Positions 14,234 through 28,293 of a stretch of 64,000 nt of DNA are shown here, piece by piece. The notes beneath the pieces were generated by a model. The model made no database searches and was not told the origin of the DNA. It saw only the letters and a program-made list of their open reading frames with translations. The DNA is from Ruditapes philippinarum (taxonomy: Eukaryota). The stretch covers positions 1 to 64,000 of the forward strand of contig NW_026861603.1 of NCBI RefSeq assembly GCF_026571515.1, given 5' to 3'. The number at the start of each line of letters is the position of its first letter. Within the stretch, counting starts at the first letter, position 1. The position numbers and the translations under genes were made by a program.

Positions 14234-15870
14234 TGTAACACCGCAAAACGTCCGTACCGCAAAACGTACGTATATGGACGTTTTGCGGCGCATATTGTCC
14301 ACATTTTTCTGACGTACATTTTGCGGCAAAAATGCATGGTCCTGACGCATAACGTCCATATTTTAAAGTTTATATAATTTTTGTTAATTTTGACCAGTTA
14401 TTATCAGGTGTTATTGTGTGTTAATTTTAGCTCACCTGAGTATGCGTCTGTCTGTCTGTCCGTCCAAATTTCGCTCTAGCATCCCCATACCCTAGGCAAT
14501 ATGTCCAGAGTTATCTGCCCTTGAATTACAATATGGTTACCACTCCAACGCTTTCATTTCTTCTTCAATCTTGACAATTTTCAACAGAATATATATGACA
14601 ATAAAATCTCAACAAAGTTAGATTATAGGCTAAATCTAACACAAAAAAAATAAATAAATAAATAAATAACGCACTATATTTCACCTTGTTAGTGCTTTCG
14701 TTTCTTCTCCACTCTTAAAAATTTTATACAGAATATGTATAACAATAAGGTCGCGATAAGTTCATTTATGACCTAACACGACTGAATATGTCAAGAGTTA
14801 TTTGCCTTTGAATAATAAAAATAAAAACATATTTTAAAGTCAAATTATTGAATTGTGATAAAACTGCCATTTCTTTGTTATCAATGATCAGATGTCATTC
14901 ATACATTTATGACAGGACGGACATCTTGAATAGTTCAACTATAATATTGACCTTGAAATGACCTTGACCTCAAGGTCACTATTGAATTTTGCCTAAATTA
15001 CCAGATCTTTGTCATTTACAGATATTTGGATATTGATGACCATTTCAGACGTAGAATTGAGTACTGATATCAGTTACCCAGATTCTGACCAAGTACATGA
15101 AATGTACTTGCTTTTTATTTGTAATATTCAATGCTATCTGCCCTTGTCATGTGGAGCCTTTATAGGCAGGTGGGCAATATAAGGCCACCATGACCTTTTT
15201 TCTTTGTTCAGTTATAAGATAACATTGTTCAATAATAAAATTAGCTCAAATATGATTACGCTGTCAAAAGCCCCCATCCATCCGTAAAAATGAACGGTAG
15301 AACCAAACCTCCATAGTCAACAAGAACACAAAAAATCATTCCCACTTCTTGATGCAATTATATGAAAAGCTTTTGTCAAAAGCAAAGCTTAATTTTAATA
15401 TTTTTTGTCATTCACTCAGTTCAATCCCCGGTTCGTCCGTCCGTATAGCCGTCTATAAGATTACATTTATTTCAATATCATCGTTTTTATATCTCTGCTG
15501 CTGCTGCTGCTGCTTGGTTCCATTCCATAAAAAAATCTATTCGAAAAAGATCATCGGCTTAAGCATATTTCTTTTTTTTAAATAAAAAAAGTCAGAATTA
15601 TATAGGATCACAAAAATATTGCACTTCAATGTTTATTTTGTCATATCTTTACCTGAAACAGTATGAAAGTGACAGAACCAATAAAAGTAACGTTTATAAT
15701 GAATTGATTTTAATACAGAAAATATGGACGATATGCGACGCAAAGACACACCCTCGCCGCAAAACGTACCAAGTACGATATGCACCGCAAAACGTCCACA
15801 TGTGTACGATATGCGACGCAAAACGTCCACACGCGTACGTTTTGCGGTACGGACGTTTTGCGGTGTTACA
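14234..15870. mobile_element. Non-autonomous TIR transposon with TGT...ACA ends and a 6-bp TSD (AGGCAC)
   Basis: Perfect 37-bp TIR TGTAACACCGCAAAACGTCCGTACCGCAAAACGTACG; sub-terminal CGCAAAACGT repeats; AGGCAC at 14228-14233 and 15871-15876. Confidence 0.9.
14425..15205 (+). mobile_element. HINE nested in the TIR transposon
   Basis: TTTTAGCTCACCTGAG start, (GTCT/GTCC)n microsatellite, 3' CAGGTGGGCAATATAAGGCCACCATGACC sub-TIR and palindrome. Confidence 0.7.
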
Positions 15871-16212
15871 AGGCACACACCTTAAACACTAGGCCACCGC
15901 TCCCCTTGTTTAAAGTATCCGCTTCTGTTTAAAGTATCCGATTTAAGTCGATATTATGAAACATATATTATTTTATGCAGAAATAAATATCTACCATGCA
16001 AAATTTCCGATTTCTTCATACATATTTTATAAACTATTGTATTTTAAGTAACTACCGGCAATAAATATCATAGATAAGATACCGAATGTTATTCTTCATT
16101 TGTCAGCCTCGGGTAAATTTACAGTTTGGAACAAATTCAGGATTATTGAAATAGACTATGCGAGCTTAATCTAATAACCTGATGTATGCATAATGTAAAA
16201 TGGAAAGAAAAC

Positions 16213-16297
16213 AGAACCCTTAAGAACACTCAAAACAGAAAAATGGAAAATGTTGCATGCTCAATTTGATAAACATGTTAAAGAAATTGGTGAATAT
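16213..16297 (-). pseudogene. U1-like family copy with internal deletion of the first two hairpins
   Basis: 5' arm ATATTCACC and 3' part (GAAAATGTTGCATGCTCAATTTGAT on +) are retained. About 230 bp of upstream flank (16326-16550) is homologous to 5431-5640. Confidence 0.55.
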
Positions 16298-18467
16298 CTA
16301 AATTTAAAAAATATCAACCGATGAGTTCATATGGCGGTTATCATTGAACCTTCAATGTGACATTGTCGTTCCATGCCATGAAAAGCTGTGTATGGTCTCC
16401 AAGTGCAGGTAAAGGAATGTGTGTGTTCTAAACGAGAAAACAATGGGCGGAACTAAATAAAAACAATTTTGAAAGGGGACCAGAGGTAATGAAGCCTGCA
16501 TATCACAGACAAGATATCAAAAGACAAATATGAAAAGCGGCAAAAATACATCATAAGCTTGATATTTTTATATTAAGATGCTCAACATGGAAAAAGAATC
16601 AGATCGTTTCAATGAAACTAGTTGCTATTTTGAACTTACGGTGTTATTCGTTTGATAACCCATTGGTCCACTAGAGAAGCATTAAAACTCGTAAAAACTA
16701 GGAAATATTGTTAAATAAATACCATATTATTAATACAATGACTTTATGGTGGATTAATATATTACATTTTTTCTGCCAATCCATAAAATGCATTTATGTA
16801 AATTATAATTATAATTTGATATTCGATTAAGAAACTGGATCGAAACGTCTTTTGAGTTAGTTAGATGAAAGCTACTGTGAATGTAATTAATTTTTGTACC
16901 CATTTGGTAAGGCGCCCATTATAAATTGAACGTTTATATCTTCATAAAACAGAGATTTGTTTCAATCATTGCGTGGTGGCAGAGCAGTTATACAATTATC
17001 AGCCTAAAATAAGACAAAATAAAAACGTGTTATAAGCCAGTCCTTGTAAATGATTCATTTTTATGCATTCACATTTGTTTTAACCATGGTGGAATTTCCT
17101 ATCAGTAATTTGAATAGAAATAACCCAGTTGATACATTTTTATGTTTTCAGAGGTTCTCGGGTCATTTCAGCCATTACTTTAGCAAATGCGTAATCCCCT
17201 GCGCATCGGTCGAATGTTCCACTATCGTGAAGTAACGGAGTGTATTCAATGCTTAGCAAATGCGGTACATGTACACAATTGGTGTAAAATGTTATCAGTT
17301 ACAAATGCTGCTTTGAGGTTTTACGCGCTTCCAATCCCATTTTAAAGGTGAGGAAAAATGTAAAGTATAATTCCAAAAGAAATATGCCTTTCATTTTACA
17401 AACAATTGCACGAATTTAACTGATCCCGTTAATAACTGAAAACATTTTGAGAGGAAAAGAGAAATAAATCTCATTACAAAAATGTATTCAGGACCGTCCT
17501 ACTTTACATAACGCTGTATCAACATTTTCTAAAACGTATTATAAAAAAAGCCATTTAATGTGGTAGATGTTTTAAACCGCGGTGGTTATTTGTCTCTTAG
17601 GTTTTGTTTGACATTCAACACGTATTAAGAAGTAGTGTGTGTAAAAACGTATAATTACCTAAATAGCAGTTATTTGTAATTGCTAATGGAGACATTTAAT
17701 GCTTGCATTACAGTTGTTATGTTAAAACGTAGATTTTATTCTTGCACTGCAGTTGCTTGAATAGAACCCATTTTGAAAACAGAAGTGTTTATAATTGCGA
17801 TCGAGAAATTTAATGTTAAGAATGCATAATAATTCTATGACAAGAATGTCGCCAAGCGAGTTCTGTTACAAACAATTCAAAATGAAGTCTACTTTCAGTA
17901 AAATGAGCTCTTTCGAATAAAGATATCATAAACATAATAGGTACTTTGATTAATTTGATATCAGTTTCCATATAACGTGCTCACATAGTTCTTTGAATCT
18001 TCTCCAGTATTATAAAATATACCCAGAATAAATTGATGAAATGTTGGCAGCAGGGATATATGTAATATATGTATGGACCTCAATCGCAATGTTACCTTTC
18101 CAGTAAAAGAAATAAATAAAACAGGTAACAACTAACAAGGCTATGAGAATTTTTTTTTTCCATTTTTGGTGTCTGTTTTTGTAGACGAAATCAATAATTG
18201 TATAACCATAGGTCTGTATGGTGAACAATACGATTTAATATGTCTTTAATTGACCAGAAGAACAAAAACTAGACAAATAATAATCATGATCTTACTCCTT
18301 TTTAAGTCATAAATATAAAATAAATATATAATAATACGTAATGAACCAATGTCAGCTCAATGTATATTTGTTTTATTGTTTCAGATTCTTTTGCTTTCAA
18401 AGGCTAAAAGGAAAAGAAATGTACACAGTAGTCCAGTCATATGTCCTAAAATTGTGTTGGTGCGACG

Positions 18468-18825
18468 TTAAAGCTGCACGCCTCCAGATGAGCCAAAATA
18501 TTCCAAGAAATTCAATTTTTAGAAAAAAATGTATTAAGATCTTAAGAAAAGTAAAAAAGATTCAATATTTAATTAATTATTTACATCTTTAGTGTGATTA
18601 ATGACTGATTTTGCAATATCAATCACTATAATTCTACTGCGTAAGTAATGCAGTAAGAGGTATTTATGTATATTTTGACCTTATTTTGGTAATTTACGTG
18701 GATTGTAATTGCCGTTTGCAATTTGTAAATTATTTTCTTTGTTCACTTCACATTATTTTACTTTTAAATACATTTTCTAAATTTTCATGAAAAATAAGCA
18801 TAAATCTGGAGGCATGCTGCTTTAA
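18468..18825. mobile_element. TTAA-flanked MITE (Kolobok-like) inserted in a SINE-tail-like sequence
   Basis: TTAAAGCTGCACGCCTCCAGAT / ATCTGGAGGCATGCTGCTTTAA. The flanks rejoin as CATATGTCCTAAAATTGTGTTGGTGCGACGTTAACCCC. Confidence 0.8.
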
Positions 18826-21800
18826 CCCCCCCCCCACCCAAAACGAATTTTCGGTCACATTTCCGTTACTTATAACAATAAAGAATTCTTTTTTTAACTT
18901 AAATTGCATGTATGTTAATATCTTTGATGCTGTTGCCACTGTTACAGCAGTTAATTGTGACATAGAAGTTCAGGACCATTTGTCTGCAATCAGAATTATT
19001 ACATTGCCTTTTACGAATGCTCTAGTTAGAATTGTTTTACATTATTACATGTTTTTTGTTATGATTTCGTTTGTTTTTATTGCAGAGTTTACTAAGGAGG
19101 AGTAAAGCAGTATATGTTAAAAATTATGTTTGTAATTCTTATAAAGTATATCCTAATCATACTGACAGCATCGTAAGAAGAATATGAAAATTTCTAGAGA
19201 TTTCAATTTTAGCTTTTGTTTTACAACAACAATAACACATTTAGGTTGTTAAAGTAAATTTAATTGAGTTTACATAGAAGATGATTCAATGAGCTGCTTT
19301 GTCCCCGTCATCCTTATGCATTTAATGTCAACTAATTGTCTTGTGGTTGTTGTCTACACAAGTCATTGAACAGATATCTTAGCCCAGCAATATTATAATC
19401 ATAACTGTGTTAACCACAATCATACAGTTGCCTCTTGGATTCTTAACTTTGTGGTACCCTTTGCACTTTGACATTCAGCGGTGACATATACATGTATGTG
19501 TGTAATATTTCCCTTGTTCAGGAAGAATTTGACAGATAATTCATGTTTTTGAGAATAAAACCCATTCGTATATCACGTGACCCGCAAATTGCTGATTTGA
19601 CATAATATTGACATGTTTACTAGAAGTTTTGAAACGGTAAATGCATCACAATGCATTCAAAATACAAAGTCCCAATGAGTAAACGTAAAGGAGGAATACA
19701 AATACTTTCAATCAACATACATTTAAGAATTTAAAAATCATTCGTAACTGTTCATAAACACTAAAAGTTTAACTTCTGATCCGTTATTGGCCAACTCACT
19801 GTATATGGATGATATTACACACAAGACAATTACATAAAACTTAGTTCCTTTACATATGTATTGAATGAGAATGAAATAAACAAAATTCTACGCACACGCA
19901 TACATGAAAATAAAAAATTATAAAATGCGGAAAAGAATGTATGTTTCTATACAAGAGAATTTCTAAATACTCACAAAAAGAACCTATTTTCCGTATTAAA
20001 ACTTTGCAAAATTAAAAATAATTAAAGTTCAAAAGCTATATATCTGCTACAAAAATCTTTTTTGTTTGCATTTTTGAAAAGAATACTTCTAGAATACCTG
20101 TTTGAATAAAACATGTTTATGCATGTCCTTAAAAAAGAATAGCCCATGCACGAAATCATTGCTACTTGAAGTAGCATAATATTTTGTTTAGGAACATTTT
20201 CTTCTTCTTCTGTTTACGTACACTATTCATGTGTGTTAAACAACAGAGCTATATTTAATGTTACTTTTCTTCCGAGAATCATCCATAATGTCTGAACGAC
20301 GTAATTTTATTGTATATTAAGTTTATAAAAAGATTTCTTAAGCTATTACTTTATACACTTATTGACTGGTGTCATTGTAAGCGGTGCATTTAAAACAAAA
20401 TGAAATTCATTTATATTACAATTAAAGTATTTCTTAATTTTAAACTGATGTTTTTGGTGTTTATACTGAAGTTATACTTCTGCAAGTTTACAAGCAATTC
20501 AAATCAAGACAAATAAATAATTCATTACTTTGAGGGTTGTAAATGTGGAGCTGACTTTACTGACTATTTTCACTAAAACATGGAATGTTTTGGACGAAAA
20601 TGCTATTGGATTGATAGTGTTTTTATTTCTTTATTGTGTTTACACTTATTGTTGTAAAAGCATAACATTCCAAGTTAAAACCTTTCTCGATCAAAAAATC
20701 ATTTAAACGATGTTCCATGTTTGAAAAGATCTATAACGCCATCATAGGCAAACATTATTCAAACTTTCTTTTAATTGGGTAAAATCACAAACTTTTACAA
20801 ATTGTTTAAATATTTATGCAAGACCGTACAAAATAGCGTTCAAATTTTATTACTATCGGCTTTCAGGAGCTTATTTCTAAATATAGACGAAACTAGATAC
20901 ATTTGATAAATTATGCATTGAACATAGAAACAGTCAGATGTTACAGAGTCGTAACTGTCAATATCAACTCCCAATAGGTTTTGTATAATGACTTTATTTA
21001 GTTTCTAACAAACTGTAGGCACGTTGAAAGAACTTGTCTGTCAATTGATACGTGCTCGTACTCCGAGAAATTTGACTTATGGCACACATCGTTGAAAGGA
21101 CAAAACTGTATGATTACATGATTTGTTGTAACCTTCTTTAAAAATTAGATGGTATCATTTTTTCTTATAGAGTTTTCAAGAAGGAATGGCGGAAAAATGC
21201 TGTAGTAATATACAATGGCGGTACAAATACAAAGAGAAAAGCATGAAGTAATATTAATTTAATCGACAATAACAAAAAACAAAGAGATACTATATATGAT
21301 CTACAAGGTTAGCTTTTAAAAAAAGCTAGTAGCGACTCGCTTCGTAATTTTTTTCAAGGGGTGTGTTTAAATGTAAAAATGACAGTTCTGTTAGCTGAAG
21401 AGACTCAGCGAACATCAAAATAAAAGTGAAGTCAACACTGGCCCGGTGCCCGATGGCCAGTGTATATAAGTTCAGGCCAGTGTAAATTTAAGAAAATTTT
21501 GTTAATTATTTAGTAGAATAAATTCAAAACTCGAATTCGGGCCAGTAAATTCAAAATCTTAAACTCATTGACTGAAAGTGACATATAAAGTTCTCTCAGT
21601 TTAACCAAGATGAGTATGAGTATATATGAAGGTGCATGTAAACAGATTGAATGAAGAACCTATGTCTATGCACATTTACTATATGGCCTGTTGACCTTGA
21701 CCATTAAATGTTAGATAGGTAGATTTCATAAAGATGTCTCTTTATACAAAATTAAGTTGTAATACATGTATGTTATTTAGTATTGGAATGAGAGGCACAA

Positions 21801-21829
21801 GTCCTAAAGTAAACACAAGTTGTCAATCA

Positions 21830-22120
21830 ATTCAGCCAGAAAAGCCGGGATCCTATTAAAAAATATAGGGATCCCGGAAATTGACCAGTCTAAGAAGATG
21901 TTTTTCAGATAAGCCGGGATCCTATTAAAACATATAGGGATCCCGGGAATTGACCAGTTCAAGAATATAGTTTTCAGAAAAGCCGGGATCGTATTAAAAT
22001 GTAAATAGATCTCACGGATTGGCCAGTTCAAGTATATAGTTTTCAGAAAAGCTGGGATCGTTTTAAAACATAAAGGGATCCCGGGATTTGACCAATTCAC
22101 GAAAATAGTCTTTGATTTTT
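21830..22120. repeat. Tandem repeat, ~69-bp unit, about 4 copies
   Basis: Recurring AAGCCGGGATCCTATTAAAA...GGGATCCCGG...TTGACCAGT; accounts for the repetitive ORF 21804..22124. Confidence 0.85.
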
Positions 22121-22809
22121 CCAATTAATTAGGCATATAATTATAAGTATTGTGATTTCCGCATTTTAAGTTTGTTAATAAATAGCTCTAAATATATCTA
22201 TATTATAAGTTAAATTAATTTAACGTTCATTATATACAATAAAAAAATTAACGTTTAATGGCCTTTCATTACGACAACAATCAACACAAATATAGTTCAT
22301 TAGGTTTTTCCTCCATATCTTATACGATCCCGGATCCCGGGCGTCCCGGATCCCGGCCAGTAAATACATACACTAAATACCGGAAAGGATAAAATGACCG
22401 GAAAAAAGGAAAAATAAAAAATGCACAGAACCAGATGTACACTTATGTTAATTAACCAAACGAAAACTTACTGCAGAGAAAACAGGTGAAATCGCTAAAT
22501 CAGAAGTCAGTGTAAATATGATTTATTGAAAAGAATTCATAAAGACAAACATGTTAATCATCATTATATCTTTGCGCTCAAAACAATACTTGCTGATTTT
22601 TAAAAATGGCGTGAAAATTGAAGGTTTTTTGACGCTATGTAAGATTAAATTTGATTGGCTAAATAATTTTGGATCCTAGCCCTGATAAATAAATTTTGTA
22701 GAAAGCTGGAAGCCAAGCTTCGATTGAATTTTTGGATAGCTTCAGAGTTTTAGGTTGTTTCTCAGTAAAATCCTACCGTAATACCGGCTCGCCGTGGCGA
22801 GCCGGCATA

Positions 22810-23285
22810 ACATACATAAAATAAATCAATATAACACATTTCATGCCTGATAGTTTTCGCGCCAAAGATTAGCTTTGTAAACGTTTTTTTGCAAGTTTAT
22901 TAATAGTATTACTTTGTTGACAATTTAAAAGAGATTGGAATTTAAACAAATTTGGCCAATGACAGTTATAATTAGGTAAAATATTAAGTCTAATCTGTCT
23001 GTAAAAAGGACATACTAAGAGGAAATGATACTCATTTTCTATACTATTCATATTACATTCGTGCATATTCTTTGACTTCTATTAATGTTTCTATCTCCCT
23101 TCTTCAATAGCTAAATTATGAGCAGAACACCGGAGTCTAGACAAAGCAATTCTATAGCTATCATATTTTACAAAAACTTATTTTTCTAATTCAAAACTGG
23201 ATTTAAATAAACAGTAAGTTTCAATTTTAGGAGATTCTTTGAGCTTTGAAAACCATTGCTGTAGATATTGGTCATTAAATAGTTC
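22810..23285 (-). mobile_element. LINE ORF2 3' fragment (probably CR1/L2 group)
   Basis: RIALSRLRCSAHNLAIEEG followed by C-x2-C (CHEC)...ENEYHFLLVCPFY, the C-terminal motif of non-LTR ORF2; frameshifted. Confidence 0.8.
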
Positions 23286-23779
23286 TTATTACTTTTACGC
23301 GCATGAATATATCTGCATACATTATTTGTGCAAGACGAAGACAGAGGTTTTCAACAAGCGCATAATTTTCTACGAATAAGGTGTGATTTGACTTTTTCAA
23401 TTACATTGTTATTATATGTTTAAGATTATGCAATGCTGTTGTAGCGGTATCTGAGTGAATTAAGCCTGAACGATCGCTGCTTTGTACGAGACCTACTTTC
23501 CCTTGGTTTGTTTACATGAAGGAAAAAGGATGTTTTGATATTGTTTACATAAGTATAATCACATGCATAATTTGCATATTATATTGCATATTACTGTTTG
23601 ATACATGGTTAATCTGTGGCTGGTAAATGTATTTCATGCAGGCCTTTTTTCAGTTGCTGCTTGTTGTAAGTCTGTAAATTTATTTTTGACTGCCGTCTTT
23701 TCCATATTATATAACCCAATAGACTACATTTTAAACCTTGTTCAGTATTCAGATATTCAGAGATGGATTAATTTGCAAC

Positions 23780-24035
23780 ATACTGAATTTCTCATGGTAC
23801 AAATACAAATTTGATATTTAATTACAGAAATTACAGAATTTTACATGGATTGAAATTGTGTTGAATTTACATGGAATTTGATTTACACTGAATAATACAT
23901 GGATTCTGCATTGCACTGAATCCCACATAGAATTTAATTTTTTCTGAATTTCTCATGGAATATGAAGCACACTGAATTTCACATGGACTTTGAATGGCAC
24001 TGAATTACTTATAGCATTAGAATTGTGCTGAATTT
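23780..24035. repeat. Degenerate ~30-bp minisatellite
   Basis: Recurring ACTGAATTT(C/T)ACATGGA. Confidence 0.75.
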
Positions 24036-24244
24036 CCGAACTAGCAGACGACAGGTGAGTTTCAAGAAAAGTTAGCCGTAACATATCTATCAGTATAAAT
24101 TTATGTAAAATGGCGTTAGGCGGTAGGTTTAACAGTTAATTAAGTACCTTTGGTGTCAAAAGGGGGAGAATAGTCCGACTACCTTAACAATTCTCGGGCT
24201 TACTGCATACAGGACTTTCAGTGCTATATAACTTTTATTAAGGA

Positions 24245-25045
24245 TTGAAAATAAGCGTGCAAGTAATTTTCTCGCAAAATCATAACTTGTTGGCAGGAAA
24301 TAGATATTTTTTTATTCAAAGTTTTTATGAAAAAGGAATAAGATTTGAAAATGATATTATTAATCAAGAAGGTGATTTTGTAGATTTAACTTACTTAGAG
24401 CAGGTGACACAAAAACAAGTAAACTTTTTACACTATGATCATATACTATACCCTATTATGAGTTTTTATATCAAACCTATTTTAATTACACTTAATAACA
24501 ATAAGAAATATGTTAATGAAACTCTAGTTAGAAATAAAAATGTACCAACATGTCAAGAAAAATGGAACTCATATTTAACAAATTTTGATATAAACTGGAA
24601 TTCAATATATATAGTTATAGATTCCTATATTCAGTGGTTTCAGACAAGAATAATTCATAGAACTTTAGCAACTGACTCACTTTTATTTAAAATGAAAATT
24701 GTTTATAGTAAAATATGTACTTTTTGCAATTGCAAAGAGGAAACTTTGTTGCATTTATTTTGCGAATGTCCAAAAACTCAAATTCTGAAAGACATTATAG
24801 ATAATTTTGATGAGAATTTTAATTGTAAATTATTCATTTTAGGTTCTTAAGTTAATGATTTTAAATTTAGAATGGGAAAGATATATTTATTTGTCAAAGA
24901 GATAAAAAATGTTACCTACATTACCTGGTTTTAAAAATAGTCTTAAATTGACATGGAATATTTACAAAAAAAAACCCAAACAAAACAAATTTGACCAAAC
25001 ATATAAATGAAGGATGGCAAATTGTAAGAACTTTAATAAACTAAA
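24245..25045 (+). mobile_element. L1/Tx1-type LINE ORF2 3' fragment (zf-RVT region), pseudogenised
   Basis: WFQTRIIHRTLAT...CTFC...ETLLHLFCECP motif in ORF 24245..24850. Confidence 0.8.
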
Positions 25046-25420
25046 TGGGCTACACTCAATTAATTAACCCCAATGTTTGTTTGAATGCTTTTGCATAAAA
25101 CATAATCATACATAATTGTTATACTTATTATATCAATATATGAAAATTGATTGAATATTTGAATATAATGTATATTGTAATTATATTATTTTAGACAATG
25201 AGTGGAATATTATGTAAATATCATGAAAGATATGAGGGAGCTGACCCCGACCCTCTCATACCCATTACGGGGTATATAAACGGGGTTAACCAGTTGGGGC
25301 CTCAAAAATTAAAATTCTCGCAAAATAATGTGATTTACAAGAACTTACTGATTAACTTACTTCAAGCCATTGTGCGATATTCATAAAAAAACATTTTAGT
25401 ATTGGCTAGATGTAAATAGA

Positions 25421-27350
25421 AACAAGATTGCATTTGAGAAAAATGCTATGCCACCGCATTAATACAACACTAAATAGTAGTGTAGGAACAGATTTTTTTG
25501 TTTCTATACAATTGAAGATTGTCATAATGCATAGATCCCTGACCTATCGAATTCTTATTATCAGATTAGATTAGATAAAAGATCAGAGTAGGAATATATC
25601 AATGCAATTGAGTCTAGTGAATTTGGTGGTGAAGGTCATATTTCACACAGCCTAAATTTCATGACTACATCAAAAGACAACACAGTAAGACACTTTGTCA
25701 AAATCTAGGTCAGTTGATATCAAAGTTCACTTTACATCTTAATCTGTGCACATGGTTCAAATTTCATAGCTATACATCAAAGGACAAGTAGGTCACATCA
25801 TCAAAATCTAGGTCACCTGATATCAAAGTTCATTTTACAACTAAAACTTTGCACATGGTCAAATTTCATTGCTGTACACCAAAGGACAAGAAAGTAGGTC
25901 TCTATTCCCTTGGGCAAGGCAAAATTTTGACCCAAGGGTTTAATTTAAAACAATCTTGATACAGGTCCACCAAACAACATTTCAAGTCAAATATCTAAGC
26001 TGTACCTTTCTCCCATTCAGAAAACATTTGTTTCATTTTCTGCTTTTACTATGTGTACATAATGAGAATCACTGCCCCCGGGAGGGCCAATTTTGACACC
26101 AGGAGAAAAATTTGAACAACTTTGGTAGAGGACCTATAGATGATATTATATAGCAAACATCAAAGCTCTATGCCTTGTACAAAAAAAATATATATTTTTT
26201 ACTATATGTACATAATGAAAATCAATGACCCCCGGGGCGGAACCAATTTTGATCCCAGGGCTATAATTTGACCAATCTTGGTAGAGGTTCACTTCACAAT
26301 GTTTCATGCAAAATATATTAGCTCTAGCCTTTGTAAGTTTAGAGAAGATGATTTTTTAAGTTTTTACTATATACATATAAGGAAAACCAATATTAAAGCT
26401 CTAAGCATTGTACTTTCAGACAATAAGATTTTTTGATTTTTTACTATATGTATATATTAAAAATCAATGACCCCTAGGACGGGGGCAATTTTGACCCCAA
26501 GGCTTTAATTTGAACAATCCTGCTAGAGGATAACTACACAATGTTTCATGCAAAATATCTAACCTCTAGCATTTGTCAATTGCTAGAAGAATTTTTTTTA
26601 AAGTTTTTACTATAAGTTTTTACTAAATACATATAAGGAAAACCAATGACCCCCGGGGCGGGGCCGATTTTGACTCCAGGGCTATAATTTGAACAATCTG
26701 GGTAGAGGTCTACCACACAATGCCTTATGCAAAATATCTTAGCTCTAGGCCTTTAGGGTCTTTACAAAAAGGTATTTAAAGTTTTTACAATTATATACAT
26801 ATAGTGAAAATCAATGACCCCCGGGGCAGGGGCCGATTTTGACCCTACGGCTATACTTTGAACAATCTTGGTAAGGGTCAACCAGACAATGCCTTCTACA
26901 AAATATCTTAGCTCTAGGCATTTTGGGTCTTTACAAGAAGGTATTTTTAAGTTTTTACTATATGTACATATAGTGAAAATCAATGACTATTTGGACCCCA
27001 GGGCTATGATTTGAACAATCTTGGTAGAGGTCTACCAGACAATGCCTAATGCAAAATATCTAAGCTCTAGGCCTTTTGGGTCTTTACAAGAATATTTTTT
27101 AAATTTATTCTTATAATTCCTTTTGGTTGCCATGACCACCAGATTTCTGAATGGAATGAAATTCTTTGAACAACTTTGGAAGCCCTTTACCCAAGGATCA
27201 ATCCTGCCAAGTTTGGTTGAAATTGGACTAGTGGTTTTTCACAAGAAGATTTTTTAAGTTCACAATATAATCTATATAACACACAAACACATATACACAC
27301 AGGTGAATCGCTATATGCCACCGCATCGCAGATGCTGCGGTAGCATAAAT
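25421..27350. mobile_element. HINE with internal ~167-bp tandem array
   Basis: Sub-TIR ATGCCACCGCA at about 25448; terminal palindrome ATGCCACCGCATCGCAGATGCTGCGGTAGCAT; (CA)n microsatellite; about 6 units of AATCAATGACCCCCGGGGCGGGGCC...GGTAGAGG. Confidence 0.8.
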
Positions 27351-27361
27351 ATGGATAAAGT

Positions 27362-27445
27362 TTGATTTCACGGAAGCATTTATCACAACAAAATTACATG
27401 AAAATTGCAGACTAGCTTTGATTGAGTCTGTACGTGAGGGATAAT
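27362..27445 (-). pseudogene. U1-like family, subfamily B, 3' half
   Basis: Minus strand CAGACTCAATCAAAGCTAGTCTG, then AATTTTG, then TGATAAATGCTTCCGTGAAATCA. Close match to 46148-46229. Confidence 0.55.
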
Positions 27446-27554
27446 GGTAAAAGCAGTAATGCCTATTACAATGGTCAATATTGCTTGCGAAAATGACGAA
27501 CCCTAAGATATTATTGAAATATTCGAATGCAACGTGGCAATTACAATCTGTAGA

Positions 27555-27712
27555 ACAGAAGTTCCCTTGAGGACAGTGAGACATAAAAAAGAGAAAAAAA
27601 AGCACACTTTGTTTTATTGAGTCTGTTCGATAATAAAAAAATGGAATTTGAATCTTTTCGAAAGGTTCCTGGCATCTACAGAATGTAAGCAGTACTAGAA
27701 TCCTCAACATTA
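27555..27712 (-). pseudogene. Degenerate U1-like family copy
   Basis: Plus strand GCACACTTTGTTTTATTGAGTCTGTTC...CCTGGCATC...TAAGCAGTA...TCAACATT is collinear with the family. Confidence 0.4.
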
Positions 27713-28293
27713 TTTAGCTTTGAGTTGTGGGCCAGTTTTTTTTAAATATAATTAATGATTGACTGACAGAGTCTCGTACTATTGACTGTTATCAGCAAAA
27801 TGTTCAATGTCATGTTCACTCTGGTATATTTTTACTTTTTAAACAATATTAATCTTGATTTGAGTATTTGCACAGTACATACAAATTAAACAAAACCCAC
27901 TTAGTTGAGTATCTATATAGTCAACATGTGACAGACATCACTGTCTGCGGTTTCGTAAACAAAATTACAACAACCAATATAGATCTAATTTGGTTATTTT
28001 GTGTGAAATTAATTATCATGCACTTTAGATGTACTTAAATAAAAACTCTCGTTTTTAGTATTTGAAAAGAAAAATTAAAAGCTTTCGTCATTCAAACGAT
28101 AAAAATAAATTCAAATTAAGACAAATTTAGTCTACCCTCCAAGTCATATTCCCGAAGTTTAGTTCAATACAAAATGTGATTGATATACATGTTTCCTATA
28201 CGAGGAAAATGGTATGGACTTATCATTCTGTTTAGAGCAAATAATATATAGTTCTTAAGTGTTTCACTAGCATCACTTGAGTGTATTTCATTT

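Larger units (their letters stand above)
14120..15905 (-). mobile_element. tRNA-derived SINE split by a DNA transposon (halves 14120-14233 and 15871-15905)
   Basis: The rejoined minus strand reads GGGGAGCGGTGGCCTAGTGTTTAAGGTGTGTGCCTCTCAACCAAGGGATCATGGGTTCGACCCC, with A and B boxes. Confidence 0.8.

Noticed and set aside
17095-17175. Possible further family copy (ATTTTTATGTTTTCAGAGGTTCTCGG)
   Set aside because: Only weak similarity to the 3' end of the 42.4 kb copy; the hairpins are not recognisable.
25990-27110. Regular repeats suggesting a CRISPR-like array
   Set aside because: The whole unit is repeated with no unique spacers. It is the internal satellite of a HINE in a eukaryotic genome.
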